Below the pieces are notes generated by a model. It did not search any database, was not told the origin of the DNA, and saw nothing but the letters and a program-made list of their open reading frames with translations. Shown piece by piece: positions 38,520-48,809 of a stretch of DNA of 64,000 nt. A program made the position numbers and the translations under genes. Origin of the DNA: a virus; IMG/VR virus record IMGVR_UViG_3300028559_000034, positions 4,533-68,532 of that record. One strand, written 5' to 3'. The stretch's first letter is position 1, and each line of letters begins with the position of its first letter.

Positions 38520-40244
38520 TTAGTTTAAATATTGAGCTGTATCAGTAACAACAATTGTCATATATTGTTTCTCTGGGAAGAAACCAACATCTGCGATTGC
38601 ATATCTTGAACGTAATAACATTCTTGGAGCAAAAGTAGCTTCAGAAATTACACTGATAGACTGAGCCATCAAGTAAGGAATGAAGATGATACCTGGTTGA
38701 TCTGGGTTATTCTTTCTACCGATTACAATTCTGTTATCGTTATATTTCATATAAGGATCAACATAGATAGAAATATCACCAATTTGACCAACTGGATATA
38801 ATTGACCTTGACCAGTAATTTTAGATTTAAATGGATTGATTGTGTATCCTGCGATATCCATAAGAGATGCTGCAAGACCTCCATTAGTTACAGCGAACTG
38901 AGCTGGACCAACACGACCTTCTGTTGCGATAAAGTTAGAAGCGTGAACCATCTTAGTGATCAACTTACGTTGAACAGCGTGAGTAGTTTCACCTCCTACA
39001 GATGATACGTATGAAGTATTTAAGTCAAATATTGTTGATGCTGTTGTACCCACAGTAGTTACACCTAATCCTGTATTAATAGGAGATGTATTTCTGTTTA
39101 AAGATCCTAGTGAGAAAATTTTATCAACAATTTGTCTTGAAATTGTTTGAGACAATTCGTTAACAAGGATAGATTCCATTTTTTGAACGATATCCATACC
39201 AGTATTAGCTTTAATATCTTCAATTTCTGTTCTTCTAAGTGCAGTTGATACTTCGATAGTACCTACAGCAACTGTTTTAGAAGAAACTTTAGGTCCGATA
39301 ATACCTGAATAGCTATTATCATCAGCTTGACGACTCATTGGATAATCACCAGATGAAGTTGAAGAAGCCCAATTTGCAGAGAAACCTGGAAGGTGATCTT
39401 CAAGAGCTGATACTAAGTCAATAGTTACAGTTCCAGTAAGTACTTGAGTACCAATGTTTGTAATTTGACTAGTCATAGATGCAGTTGCATTAAATGTATT
39501 TAATTGAGCTTCGTAAGAAAGTGAACTCAAAGCTGAATAACCACCTGAACCAAAAGCATTTACTTGTCTGTAAGCTTTGAACATTGGATAACCATCAACA
39601 CGAGAGAAACCTAAGAATTCAACAATACCATTTTTATTAGTTGGCTCTGATGTATAAAATGCACCAGCTGCAGGAGCTCCTGATATAGAAGAAGATGTTG
39701 CGATTGTAGCAAAAACTCTACCTCCTCTAAGACCACCTGATGTAAGTGTAAATCCTGAAGTTGTTGTAGCGTAAGTTGATACAGTACCAATAGCTGTTGA
39801 TAAGTTAGTAGCACCAGTGATTTTAAATACTTGTGGTCTAGCGTTAGCATCAGTTGTGTTTACGTCATCATATTGAAAATCAATATAAAGTAAATCAATT
39901 TTTGGACCTGGACTAGGTTTAACAGCAACAAGGTCAAGACCAATTGTTTGAGCTGCGATTTTCATAGCTACTGGAAGAAGGTTTTGTCCTAAATCTCCAG
40001 AACCGATTGTACCACCCCATGAGCTACCATTTAATGTACCAGCTGGTGTATTACCACCAATAACTGGATTTAAAACAGCACCCATACCAGCTGTAGTTGC
40101 GTTAGCGTAAGCATTTTCGTTAATTGAGTGGAATTCAGCATATTCTGACATCCATTCTACTCTATCACCGGTAACACCCATGTTTTCCAAAACTGGAGAC
40201 CATTTCTTAACCGCTTTTTGTTTGTCTATTCTAATGTGTGACAT
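38520..40244 (-). CDS. gp23: Major capsid protein (T4 gp23-like)
   Basis: KKWSPVLE, DLVAVKP, NELSQTI, IYVDPY, FIPY, TFAPRMLLRSRY; follows the protease/scaffold and precedes a strong terminator. Confidence 0.9.
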   Translation of the reverse strand: MSHIRIDKQKAVKKWSPVLENMGVTGDRVEWMSEYAEFHSINENAYANATTAGMGAVLNPVIGGNTPAGTLNGSSWGGTIGSGDLGQNLLPVAMKIAAQTIGLDLVAVKPSPGPKIDLLYIDFQYDDVNTTDANARPQVFKITGATNLSTAIGTVSTYATTTSGFTLTSGGLRGGRVFATIATSSSISGAPAAGAFYTSEPTNKNGIVEFLGFSRVDGYPMFKAYRQVNAFGSGGYSALSSLSYEAQLNTFNATASMTSQITNIGTQVLTGTVTIDLVSALEDHLPGFSANWASSTSSGDYPMSRQADDNSYSGIIGPKVSSKTVAVGTIEVSTALRRTEIEDIKANTGMDIVQKMESILVNELSQTISRQIVDKIFSLGSLNRNTSPINTGLGVTTVGTTASTIFDLNTSYVSSVGGETTHAVQRKLITKMVHASNFIATEGRVGPAQFAVTNGGLAASLMDIAGYTINPFKSKITGQGQLYPVGQIGDISIYVDPYMKYNDNRIVIGRKNNPDQPGIIFIPYLMAQSISVISEATFAPRMLLRSRYAIADVGFFPEKQYMTIVVTDTAQYLN

Positions 40245-40279
40245 ATTTATTTTTAGTTTTTTTTATCTACTTTTGTAGA

Positions 40280-42397
40280 TTATAGATTTTTAAATCTTTC
40301 CATTATTGCATTTAATTCTTTTTCAGATATTTTGTCTTCTTGAATTAAGCTTTCATGTGATACTAATTTCTTAGTAACTGATTCATTTTTTCTGAGATTT
40401 CTAGTCATCCAGAAGTGTTCAACTTGTGATTCTGTCGTTAATACTTCAGATGGATAAAGTCTAGCTTGTGATAAGATAGATTTTCTATTATTCTCATTTA
40501 ATTGGTTCCAGATTGGCTTGATATTCTCAGGCATTAATCTGATTACTCTTTCTTCAAGAGATTCATTCTTTGAACTTAAAGCCTCAGATATTAATCCTAA
40601 CACCTCTTTTGGTGTAAAGAAACTTTTTTCGTTTATGTAAAGTGTAACAGTTTCTTGATCTTCATTTGTTAATGAATAAAAACTGTCAACCTGAGCTTTA
40701 TTTAAGAATTTTAAGAAATGTAGATCGGATGTTTCAACAGCTTTACGTTTTTTAGCTTCTTCGATCAATTTATCAATAGATTTAGATAATTCAGTATCTG
40801 AATTACCCTCATATTCATTATTTTCTTCTTCACTATTTTCATCATTGTATTCTTCTTCACTATCTTCATCATTATTGAAATCTTCTAATTTAGGAGTTTC
40901 ATCAGCTGAAGGAGATTCTTCCGAATCATTCCAATTTTGTTCCTCTTGTTCTTCTTGTTCTTCTTCTTCATAAGAATCAAAACCAGCTGATTTAAGAGTA
41001 GGTAACATTTCTTCATTATCACCATCGGATTCGAATAATTTATTACCATTTAATTTTTCAACTATTAATCCTTGATAAGAAATTGACTTATCAAGATTTT
41101 CAGCAACATATTCTGAGTAAGCGATATTATCATCAAGATTCTCAGCGATATATTCTGAATAAGCAATATTTCCTTCAACATGCTCAGATAAATATTCTGA
41201 ATAAGCAATTGAATTATCAAGGTGTTCTGCTAAATATTCTGAATAAGAAATATTCTTATCAAGATTTTCAGCGATATATTCTGAATAAGCGATATTCTTA
41301 TCAAGATTTTCAGCGATATATTCTGAATAAGCGATATTCTTATCAAGATTTTCAGCGATATATTCTGAATAAGAAATATTTTTGTCTAAGTTTTCAGCAA
41401 TATATTCTGAATAAGAAATATTTCTATCAAGATTTTCAGCTAAGTATTCAGAATATTCAATATTCTTATCAAGATTTTCAGCTACATATTCACTATAATT
41501 TATTACTTTTTCAAGATTTTCAGCTAAATAATCATTATGTTTAATTAATTTTTCAGCTGTTGTTTTTAATGAAGTATTTTCATTAACCATTACTTGTACT
41601 TTTTCAGCTAAATAATCTAAATATTTAACTATTTGAGAATTTGTATCATTTAGATTTTCATAATACTCTAATAATTGTTCTAATTTTTTAGGATTTAAAT
41701 TACCTTTATTAAGTGCAGTACGAACTTCTTTCTTTGTAGAAGCTAACTCATTAATAAGATACTTAGAATAATCAGTTAATTGTTTTTTTGTAACTATATC
41801 ATTAGTGTTCATATTGAATAGATCATTTATTTTAGACTCATCGGACATTTCATATATCCTAAAGTTAGCTTTATTTGAGAATCCGAAAGATTCATTAAGA
41901 ACTTTGACACTCATTTTTGCAGATGCAAAACCTGGATCTGCTACAATATCATATGTAAAAAGCTTTTTAAGTGTTACTGTACCATCAGATTCAGTAATAC
42001 CAGCTGCTCTCGAAGAGACAAATATTGGACAACCATCATTAACTAAAGCTTTCGCTTCTTTACCCCAATGTGTACTAAGTAATCTAATTTCACCTTCGAC
42101 TCTGTTATTTTCTTTAATATAGTTTGCCTTTGTAATTATGTGTGATGCTCTTGATAAAGATGTATCAAAAACATCTGGATGATCAAATTCTCCATAGACT
42201 ACGCCCATGTTTTGAATTCTTTCATTCATTTCTTGTAAACAAGGAAGAAATTTATTAGCAGTATATACTCTTTCATTTCGATTTTTAATATCAAATTCTG
42301 TGAATATACCACCTAAAATATGTTGATCCTGTCCTCTTGAACTTTCTGATAAATTCAAAGAATTAGTTGAGTTTTCAACAATAAGAATTGGCTTCAT
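40280..42397 (-). CDS. gp21: Prohead protease (gp21-like) fused to scaffold/core region
   Basis: GIF....KNRN.RVY, GEFDHP, VSSRAAG, YDIVADPGF; then coiled coil, 11-aa repeats and an acidic tract. Confidence 0.88.
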   Translation of the reverse strand: MKPILIVENSTNSLNLSESSRGQDQHILGGIFTEFDIKNRNERVYTANKFLPCLQEMNERIQNMGVVYGEFDHPDVFDTSLSRASHIITKANYIKENNRVEGEIRLLSTHWGKEAKALVNDGCPIFVSSRAAGITESDGTVTLKKLFTYDIVADPGFASAKMSVKVLNESFGFSNKANFRIYEMSDESKINDLFNMNTNDIVTKKQLTDYSKYLINELASTKKEVRTALNKGNLNPKKLEQLLEYYENLNDTNSQIVKYLDYLAEKVQVMVNENTSLKTTAEKLIKHNDYLAENLEKVINYSEYVAENLDKNIEYSEYLAENLDRNISYSEYIAENLDKNISYSEYIAENLDKNIAYSEYIAENLDKNIAYSEYIAENLDKNISYSEYLAEHLDNSIAYSEYLSEHVEGNIAYSEYIAENLDDNIAYSEYVAENLDKSISYQGLIVEKLNGNKLFESDGDNEEMLPTLKSAGFDSYEEEEQEEQEEQNWNDSEESPSADETPKLEDFNNDEDSEEEYNDENSEEENNEYEGNSDTELSKSIDKLIEEAKKRKAVETSDLHFLKFLNKAQVDSFYSLTNEDQETVTLYINEKSFFTPKEVLGLISEALSSKNESLEERVIRLMPENIKPIWNQLNENNRKSILSQARLYPSEVLTTESQVEHFWMTRNLRKNESVTKKLVSHESLIQEDKISEKELNAIMERFKNL
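41085..41530 (-). repeat. 33-bp coding tandem repeat (NI[SA]YSEY[IL]AENLDK), about 13 copies
   Basis: Visible in both DNA and translation; boundaries approximate. Confidence 0.9.
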
Positions 42398-42546
42398 TAA
42401 TTATTTTATTTTTAGTATATATGCTTATTAAAAAAACATAAAAAATAAGGGTGGATTTTTTATAGGATATGTATTAGTCAAGTAAATTAAAACTTACAGA
42501 GATATAATATTTTTTATATATAAACCAAAAAAATCAACGGTTTTTT

Positions 42547-42912
42547 ATGATTATTACAAGAGAAATTAAAATTAAAATAATTGAATCTAACTTTTCATAT
42601 TTTGAAAATTTAGGATATGATATTTCTATTGGTGATGAATTAATAATTCCAACTGAATTATTATCAAAAGGATCACATCACATAATAGAATGTGAATGTG
42701 ATGGATGTGGAATTAAAAAAGAAGTGATCTATAAAAACTATATTAAGTATGGAAATATTTGGGGGATATACTATTGTAGAAAGTGTTCTGAGTATAAAAG
42801 AAAAGAAACATTAAATAAAAATTATGGATGTGAATATCCAATTCAAAATAAAAAAATTTTTAAAAAAATGAAACAAACTATCTCTGAAAAGAAAAAAGTA
42901 TATGGTAGTTAA
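42547..42912 (+). CDS. Zn-ribbon protein resembling the N-terminus of the 3105-4163 endonuclease, no nuclease domain
   Basis: SH..I.CECDGC...YYCRKC...K.YG, matching SHNKVIAICEIC...YSCKKC...KYG. Confidence 0.65.
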   Translation: MIITREIKIKIIESNFSYFENLGYDISIGDELIIPTELLSKGSHHIIECECDGCGIKKEVIYKNYIKYGNIWGIYYCRKCSEYKRKETLNKNYGCEYPIQNKKIFKKMKQTISEKKKVYGS

Positions 42913-43348
42913 TGTTAAATTAGAAAATCTTCACAATCTTGAATGTTTTAGAAACATACTAGATAAGTATAGAGATTATAAATCAATCTATAGAGAATTA
43001 AAAATAAATTCTGTATTAGGTAATAAATCTGAACTAGAAATTAATGATATTATTCCCCCAATAATGGGATTTATGGAATATAATAGCTCAACTTTTACTA
43101 ATAATTTAAATAATTTAACATTTATTATAAATTCAATGATTTTTGTCATAGATAAAGATTTAAATGTTATTAAAATATCATTAGATATTAAAATATTAGA
43201 AAATTTTTCAAATATTCTAACTGAAAAAACACAAAGTGAAATAGAAAATTTAATAGATTTTAGACCTATATTATTATATTCATATGATTATTATGAAATA
43301 ACAGGCTTTCAAGCATGTAGTAAAGAAAGTAAATCTATTTATAATTAA
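42902..43348 (+). CDS. Hypothetical protein
   Basis: 148-aa ORF overlapping the upstream stop. Confidence 0.65.
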   Translation: MVVNVKLENLHNLECFRNILDKYRDYKSIYRELKINSVLGNKSELEINDIIPPIMGFMEYNSSTFTNNLNNLTFIINSMIFVIDKDLNVIKISLDIKILENFSNILTEKTQSEIENLIDFRPILLYSYDYYEITGFQACSKESKSIYN

Positions 43349-45082
43349 TTAAAATTCAAATTCTGATCCGCCACCTGGCTCTCCACCACCAGGCTCTCCA
43401 CCTGAATCGGGACTAGGTGAATCTGGAGTTGTAGGTGAATCTGGAGTTGTAGGCGAATCCGGAGTTGTTTGAGAACCATCACCTCCAGCAAAGTCTCCAC
43501 CACCTCCACCAGTATCTGAAATTCCATCACCAGGAGTAGCTTCTGATGTACCACCACCAGCAGAATCCTTAATCCAATATCTTTTATTCTCTTCTTTCTC
43601 TTCTGATGATAATTTTAAAACATGATCTACTAAATATTCTATATGAAAATAAGGAGTACCATCAGCCTTTTGAATCCCCGTATAAGAACCAAGAATTTCT
43701 ATTTTTTTAGACATATTACCAAGTTTTTTCCACTCTTCAAATAATTGATTTGATATGAAATCAATATCAATTTGATTCAAAATTATCTCATCATCTTTAA
43801 GTTCTGGAAATTCGACCAACATTTGTAATTTGAGCGGTTTAACTATTAATTCTTTAAAATTAGCTCTCAATCTATTAACAAAGTTAGAAAATTTAGCCTC
43901 ATCTCTAGTCATCTCAGCAGCATCAGTAAATACATTACCACCACCATTATCACCTTCAAATCTTTGAACAGGAATTTTAGAAGCTCTTTTTAATATATTA
44001 TAAAACCACTTTAACATAGTATCTTCATTTAGATCTGTTCCTTGTGGAGACATTAATTCCATATTAGGAGTACCAGCATCACCCTCAGGAAACCAAATTT
44101 GTTTATTATAGGGTAAATGTTTAGTACCATTAATTTGTAAAGTACCTAGTGAATCATCCCATTCAACCTCTTCTGAATAATCATTTATTAATTGTCCAAT
44201 TTGTTCTTCAGCTTTTTGTCTTGATAAACCTTTAACTGGAATAGTAAATTTTTGATAAACAGTAGCATTAACAATATTAAACATAATTTTAGTCTGTTCA
44301 ATAATTTTCATCTGATTATATGGCTTTATTAATCCTTCAACATAAGAGGTTTCAGAATAATCATTTTGTGTTGAATATGAAATAAATATTAATTGTGAAT
44401 CTAAGAATATTCTTCTTAATTGTGGATCTTCTGGATATTGAATCCATAGATGACCTATAGCAGGTTCGAAAGCTGGAACAAGTGTTTCTGGTCGTAGCCT
44501 ATTAAAATGTATAATATTTTTCTTTTTATCATCCCAAACAATTTCCATTGCAACATATCCATCAATAAGAAAATCTTTCATTAAATTCCAAGCAGATACT
44601 GAATCTGAAAATCCATATCTATTATAAATTTTTTCAAAATATTCTTGATATTTATCTCTAATATCTTCCGAATAATCAGTAGATATATTTTTTGGTTTAC
44701 AAAAATCTTTGTCAGAGTAAATTACAGACTCATCACAAACACTAGAAACAAAATCTCTAATTTCATCTTTAATAGAATATTCTCTCAATATTCTTCTTTT
44801 ATCAGAATAAGATCTATCTAAATAAGGTATCGATTTTCTGTTTAAAACAGAAGCTACGGCTCTTCTACTGAAAAAATCATACATAGAATTGCCCTGTTGA
44901 GAATATGGATCTTCATTGATACCAACACCAACTTGATTTCTCATAATCATGTCATCATAGTTCATTCCCCATGAAGATAAATTTCTAAGTATTCTACTAA
45001 AAAGACCTTTATTTTCAACCGCACTATTCATCGATTGAACATTATTATTATTTTGATTTAAAGGATTATAAGTTGATGCCAT
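43349..45082 (-). CDS. gp20: Portal protein (T4 gp20-like)
   Basis: FLIDG, SYVEG..KPYNQ...E, WFP, L.RASKIP..RF, E.TRDE.KF.NFV.RLR..F; tail with PDSPTT repeats. Confidence 0.88.
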   Translation of the reverse strand: MASTYNPLNQNNNNVQSMNSAVENKGLFSRILRNLSSWGMNYDDMIMRNQVGVGINEDPYSQQGNSMYDFFSRRAVASVLNRKSIPYLDRSYSDKRRILREYSIKDEIRDFVSSVCDESVIYSDKDFCKPKNISTDYSEDIRDKYQEYFEKIYNRYGFSDSVSAWNLMKDFLIDGYVAMEIVWDDKKKNIIHFNRLRPETLVPAFEPAIGHLWIQYPEDPQLRRIFLDSQLIFISYSTQNDYSETSYVEGLIKPYNQMKIIEQTKIMFNIVNATVYQKFTIPVKGLSRQKAEEQIGQLINDYSEEVEWDDSLGTLQINGTKHLPYNKQIWFPEGDAGTPNMELMSPQGTDLNEDTMLKWFYNILKRASKIPVQRFEGDNGGGNVFTDAAEMTRDEAKFSNFVNRLRANFKELIVKPLKLQMLVEFPELKDDEIILNQIDIDFISNQLFEEWKKLGNMSKKIEILGSYTGIQKADGTPYFHIEYLVDHVLKLSSEEKEENKRYWIKDSAGGGTSEATPGDGISDTGGGGGDFAGGDGSQTTPDSPTTPDSPTTPDSPSPDSGGEPGGGEPGGGSEFEF

Positions 45083-45143
45083 TAAATTTTGAAATTTTTA
45101 AGGTATATATTAAATACAACAGTTCCCTAAAATCCTTATAATT

Positions 45144-45173
45144 TTTGTATGTTAAATTAAAATATTATATTTG
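45144..45173 (+). promoter_or_regulatory. Bacteroidota-type promoter
   Basis: TTTG (45144-45147), 18-nt spacer, TATATTTG (45166-45173), ATG at 45179. Confidence 0.6.
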
Positions 45174-45178
45174 TAGAT

Positions 45179-45511
45179 ATGAGTAGAACAATAATAACAA
45201 AAAGTAAGTCACAATTCATGACGAGTATAAATTCTGAAAATATGCTTGGTGAATTATGTTATGAAGCCAACGTAAAATATTACGAAGAAATATGGCCCGA
45301 CATTACATATTATAAGTTAGCTTATTCAATGACTAAAGAAGAATCTATTCAGGCTGCTAATGGATTAAAGGCCTTGGCTGAAAAAGTTGATGAAATTTTC
45401 CCTAGATATAAAAGGTATTTGGGTAAAGAAGTTACACCTTCTGAATTCAAACAAATCATTTTGTGGTATGCTGAAGATTTTGAAAAAAGTAAAGGTTATA
45501 AATGTATTTAA
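45179..45511 (+). CDS. Hypothetical protein
   Basis: 110-aa ORF with a host-type promoter inside the structural module. Confidence 0.7.
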   Translation: MSRTIITKSKSQFMTSINSENMLGELCYEANVKYYEEIWPDITYYKLAYSMTKEESIQAANGLKALAEKVDEIFPRYKRYLGKEVTPSEFKQIILWYAEDFEKSKGYKCI

Positions 45512-45512
45512 T

Positions 45513-46205
45513 TTATTTTCTAAAATTATTGTAGCTACTTTGAAGCCTTTTTATATGATTAACTAATAAATCATACTTGTTAGATATTTCAGAACTAACA
45601 TCATAGAATTCACTGAGAATAGATACCACCATCTCTTGATGTCGTTTTTCTCTTGTTTTTAATTTAGTAGTCCAAATTTCTATTAATTTTTTTGGATCAT
45701 ATTTATTTTTTGGATGTGATGAATATAAAAACCTTGGTAATAACTCTAAATTAATTCTATGAACAAGACTAATTTGTATAGCATTATATTCAACGATAGA
45801 ATATTCAAATCCATATTTTAATAATTCTGTATAAACTCCTGTAAAATCTGCTTTTAAAGTTGAATTTTTCTCAAAGTCTTGTTCAGATATAAATTTATCA
45901 AAAATGGTTCCTCTAATTTCTATTGGTATAAAATTGAAATTTAATCCTAAAATAATTATCATATCTTTAACTTTTCTATAATCTACACAGAAGATAGGAG
46001 AATATTTCATCCAATTAGATTGATCATGATAATGTAAAAAATAAAAATTTCCAATAGAAATATCTGAAATATCTATCGCTTCACACATTTCATCCGTTTT
46101 TGAGTACTTTTCATACATAAATAATGTATTATTTTTATAGAAATCAACTATATCTGTTCCAAAAACTTTTTGACTTAATTCTATTCTTTCTTGCAGAGCA
46201 CCCAT
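45513..46205 (-). CDS. Probable DNA end protector (T4 gp2-like)
   Basis: G.FY..HY...P.F.V...GLNF..IP...R pattern; adjacent to the gp4-like gene. Confidence 0.55.
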   Translation of the reverse strand: MGALQERIELSQKVFGTDIVDFYKNNTLFMYEKYSKTDEMCEAIDISDISIGNFYFLHYHDQSNWMKYSPIFCVDYRKVKDMIIILGLNFNFIPIEIRGTIFDKFISEQDFEKNSTLKADFTGVYTELLKYGFEYSIVEYNAIQISLVHRINLELLPRFLYSSHPKNKYDPKKLIEIWTTKLKTREKRHQEMVVSILSEFYDVSSEISNKYDLLVNHIKRLQSSYNNFRK

Positions 46206-46222
46206 ATAAGATATATATTAAT

Positions 46223-46753
46223 ATGTTAAATAGTGCACCTAAAAATAAAAATTATCACCAAGGCAATTTTATACCCAAAAACAAAGATAAAGTATTGAAA
46301 TTAAACTCAAATGGCGGTATCTATTATAGAAGTTCTTGGGAATTAAAAATAATGACTTGGTTAGATAGTAGTGAAAAAGTTTCTATATGGGGAGCAGAAT
46401 GTATAACTATACCCTATCAAATGACACATTTTGATAATGGTGATATTAAAGTAAAAACTCATAATTATTATCCGGATTTTTATTATGAGATGAAGTTAGA
46501 TAATATAGTAGTAAAAAAAGTAATTGCAGAAGTAAAGCCTAAAAAAGAATTTGAAATGGTAGTTGCTTTACAAGAAAATAAATTAGAAATACCAAAGCCT
46601 ACTACAGTTAAAAAACTTAAAAATTTTGAATATGATTTAAAAATGGCTCAGAAAAATAGAGATAAATGGAATACGATGATTAAGTTTTGCGACAAAAAAG
46701 GATGGGAATTTATTGTTATAACAGAGGATCATCTGAAAAGATTTAACTTATAA
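46223..46753 (+). CDS. gp4: Head completion nuclease (T4 gp4-like, TnsA fold)
   Basis: YRSSWE, W..E...IPY, YYPDF, EVKP, N.DKW...FC..KGW.F...TE; ATG 46223 avoids overlap with the divergent gene. Confidence 0.85.
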   Translation: MLNSAPKNKNYHQGNFIPKNKDKVLKLNSNGGIYYRSSWELKIMTWLDSSEKVSIWGAECITIPYQMTHFDNGDIKVKTHNYYPDFYYEMKLDNIVVKKVIAEVKPKKEFEMVVALQENKLEIPKPTTVKKLKNFEYDLKMAQKNRDKWNTMIKFCDKKGWEFIVITEDHLKRFNL

Positions 46754-47057
46754 TAAAACAAAATAAAATCATTAATTTTAAAATAATATAAGTCATATCC
46801 TGTTTATTTTTAAACGGATTTAAAAATATCCATCTAAAAATAATTAATAATATTAAGAATAATGATATTTTTATATTATAAAACATCATCATTATTATCC
46901 ACACTAAATATAGAATATCTATAAAATAATAAATAATATCAAAAAGAACAATGTACTTTGATTTATAATCACGACTAATAGTTTTTAGTAGTAATCGATT
47001 ACGATTAAATAGATAATAAAATGTAGATAATATAAATAATATACTAAGATATTTCAT
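46743..47057 (-). CDS. Hypothetical membrane protein
   Basis: Three to four hydrophobic segments. Confidence 0.6.
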   Translation of the reverse strand: MKYLSILFILSTFYYLFNRNRLLLKTISRDYKSKYIVLFDIIYYFIDILYLVWIIMMMFYNIKISLFLILLIIFRWIFLNPFKNKQDMTYIILKLMILFCFIIS

Positions 47058-47349
47058 TTGGCTTAAAAATTATTTCCTCCATCAAAATTAAATTATTTTT
47101 TTCAAATTCTAATAATCTTAAATATCCGGATTGATTTAGTTCATCATATAATTTATTAGATATAAAACACTCTAATGGATTACCAATTATCCTATCATAC
47201 TCATTAGGAATATCATCTCCTCTATCTTTATAGATATTTTTTATATAATTATCTAATTCTTCTCTATTTAAATGAATAGAGCATCCATCAGGCCGAACAC
47301 CCCATCCTCTTTCAGATTCTTCCCAAAATTGGAAAATACATTTATTCAT
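47044..47349 (-). CDS. Hypothetical protein ([14 protein letters not shown] motif)
   Basis: 101-aa ORF with overlapping operon junctions. Confidence 0.75.
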   Translation of the reverse strand: MNKCIFQFWEESERGWGVRPDGCSIHLNREELDNYIKNIYKDRGDDIPNEYDRIIGNPLECFISNKLYDELNQSGYLRLLEFEKNNLILMEEIIFKPNEIS

Positions 47350-48271
47350 AATTTGAATTTAAAAAATGATTATAAGTTATTTTTATACCATCAGATAAAG
47401 ATGTTTTATGTCTCCATCCTAAGTCATGTAGTTTAGAAACATCCAAAAGTTTACGAAAGGTTCCATCTGGTTGAGATTTATCAAATTTAATATTACAATT
47501 ACTTCCAATTACTTCCATTATTAAATGTGAAAGATCTCGTATAGAAATATCTTGACCGGTCCCAACATTAATAATATCCGAATCATCATAAGAATTCATT
47601 AAAAATATACAAGCGTCTGCTAAATCATCAACATATAAAAATTCTCTTCTTGGATCACCAGAACCCCAAACAGTAACATCAAGATTATTAAATTTAGATT
47701 CGTGAAATTTTCTAATCAAAGCAGGTAAAACATGAGATGTCATCAAATCATAATTATCATTTGGACCATAAAGATTAGTAGGCATAACCGAAATGAATTT
47801 AGTACCATATTGTTGATTAAAACTTTGACACATTTTAATTCCAGCAATTTTAGCAATCGCATAAGCATCATTTGTTGGTTCTAAATATCCACTCAATAAA
47901 AATTCTTCCTTAATTGGTTGTGGTGATAATTTTGGATAAATACAAGATGATCCCAAAAATAAAAGTTTTTTAACATTTGATTGATAAGAATTTTGAATAA
48001 TATTTGTTTGAATCATTAAATTTTGATAAATAAAATCCGCTTTAAAATCATTATTAGACTTTATACCACCAACTTTTGCAGCTGCTAAAAAAACATATTC
48101 CGGATTTTCAGTTTCAAAGAATAATTTAACTTGATTTTGATTGGTCAAATCCAAATCTAATTTTGGTTTAGTAATGATATTATTATATCCTTGATTTATC
48201 AAATTTCTAATAATAGCTGACCCAACCATACCATTATGGCCAGCAACATATATTTTAGAATCTTTTTTCAT
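47342..48271 (-). CDS. fcl: GDP-L-fucose synthase
   Basis: [63 protein letters not shown]. Confidence 0.95.
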   Translation of the reverse strand: MKKDSKIYVAGHNGMVGSAIIRNLINQGYNNIITKPKLDLDLTNQNQVKLFFETENPEYVFLAAAKVGGIKSNNDFKADFIYQNLMIQTNIIQNSYQSNVKKLLFLGSSCIYPKLSPQPIKEEFLLSGYLEPTNDAYAIAKIAGIKMCQSFNQQYGTKFISVMPTNLYGPNDNYDLMTSHVLPALIRKFHESKFNNLDVTVWGSGDPRREFLYVDDLADACIFLMNSYDDSDIINVGTGQDISIRDLSHLIMEVIGSNCNIKFDKSQPDGTFRKLLDVSKLHDLGWRHKTSLSDGIKITYNHFLNSNYE

Positions 48272-48279
48272 TTTAAAAA

Positions 48280-48645
48280 TTATAGAGAATGTAAACCCTG
48301 ACCATCATTAGATCCCTCAATAGAAATAACTTTTATTAAATTATCATTATCTCCTCTTTTCTTATATAGTTCATTAAATCCTTTAGCTATTCCTCTTTTG
48401 AAGACTTCTGTAAAATAAGCAAAAGCATTTATAGACTTTTCTTCATTAAAATTGTACCAATTTTGGAACATATCTAGAAGACCTGATTGATAACAATCGT
48501 TTTTATCATCAATTGACCAATATCTCATTTTTTTAATTGTTTCTTTAGCTAAAAGCTCTAGCATTTTTTCAGCCTTTTTAGTTAGTCGACCCTGTGACTT
48601 TGACACAATCATTTCAACATATAGGTCTTTATTATTTAAATAGAT
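48280..48645 (-). CDS. gp55: Late-transcription sigma factor (T4 gp55-like), probable non-AUG start
   Basis: NF...KS.NAFAYFT motif; the in-frame N-terminal motif YLNNKDL lies upstream of the first ATG (48612), preceded by ATC at 48645. Confidence 0.72.
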   Translation of the reverse strand: MYLNNKDLYVEMIVSKSQGRLTKKAEKMLELLAKETIKKMRYWSIDDKNDCYQSGLLDMFQNWYNFNEEKSINAFAYFTEVFKRGIAKGFNELYKKRGDNDNLIKVISIEGSNDGQGLHSL

Positions 48646-48774
48646 AATATTGGAATTATTTTTTCGAATAAAAAACTTTTCTTAGATTTTTTATTTAATG
48701 AAATTAATTTATAAATGTAAAACATATCTTTAATGTTATATATCAAGTATAATAGTGAGTTGTAAAAAGGAATA

Positions 48775-48809
48775 AAAAAAACCACAAATTTTAAAATTTG
48801 TGGTTTTTT
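48775..48809. terminator. Terminator hairpin
   Basis: aaaaaaccacaaatt-ttaa-aatttgtggtttttt. Confidence 0.75.

Noticed and set aside
41085-41530. 33-bp repeats as a CRISPR array
   Set aside because: Contiguous, no unique spacers, in-frame coding repeat with synonymous variation.
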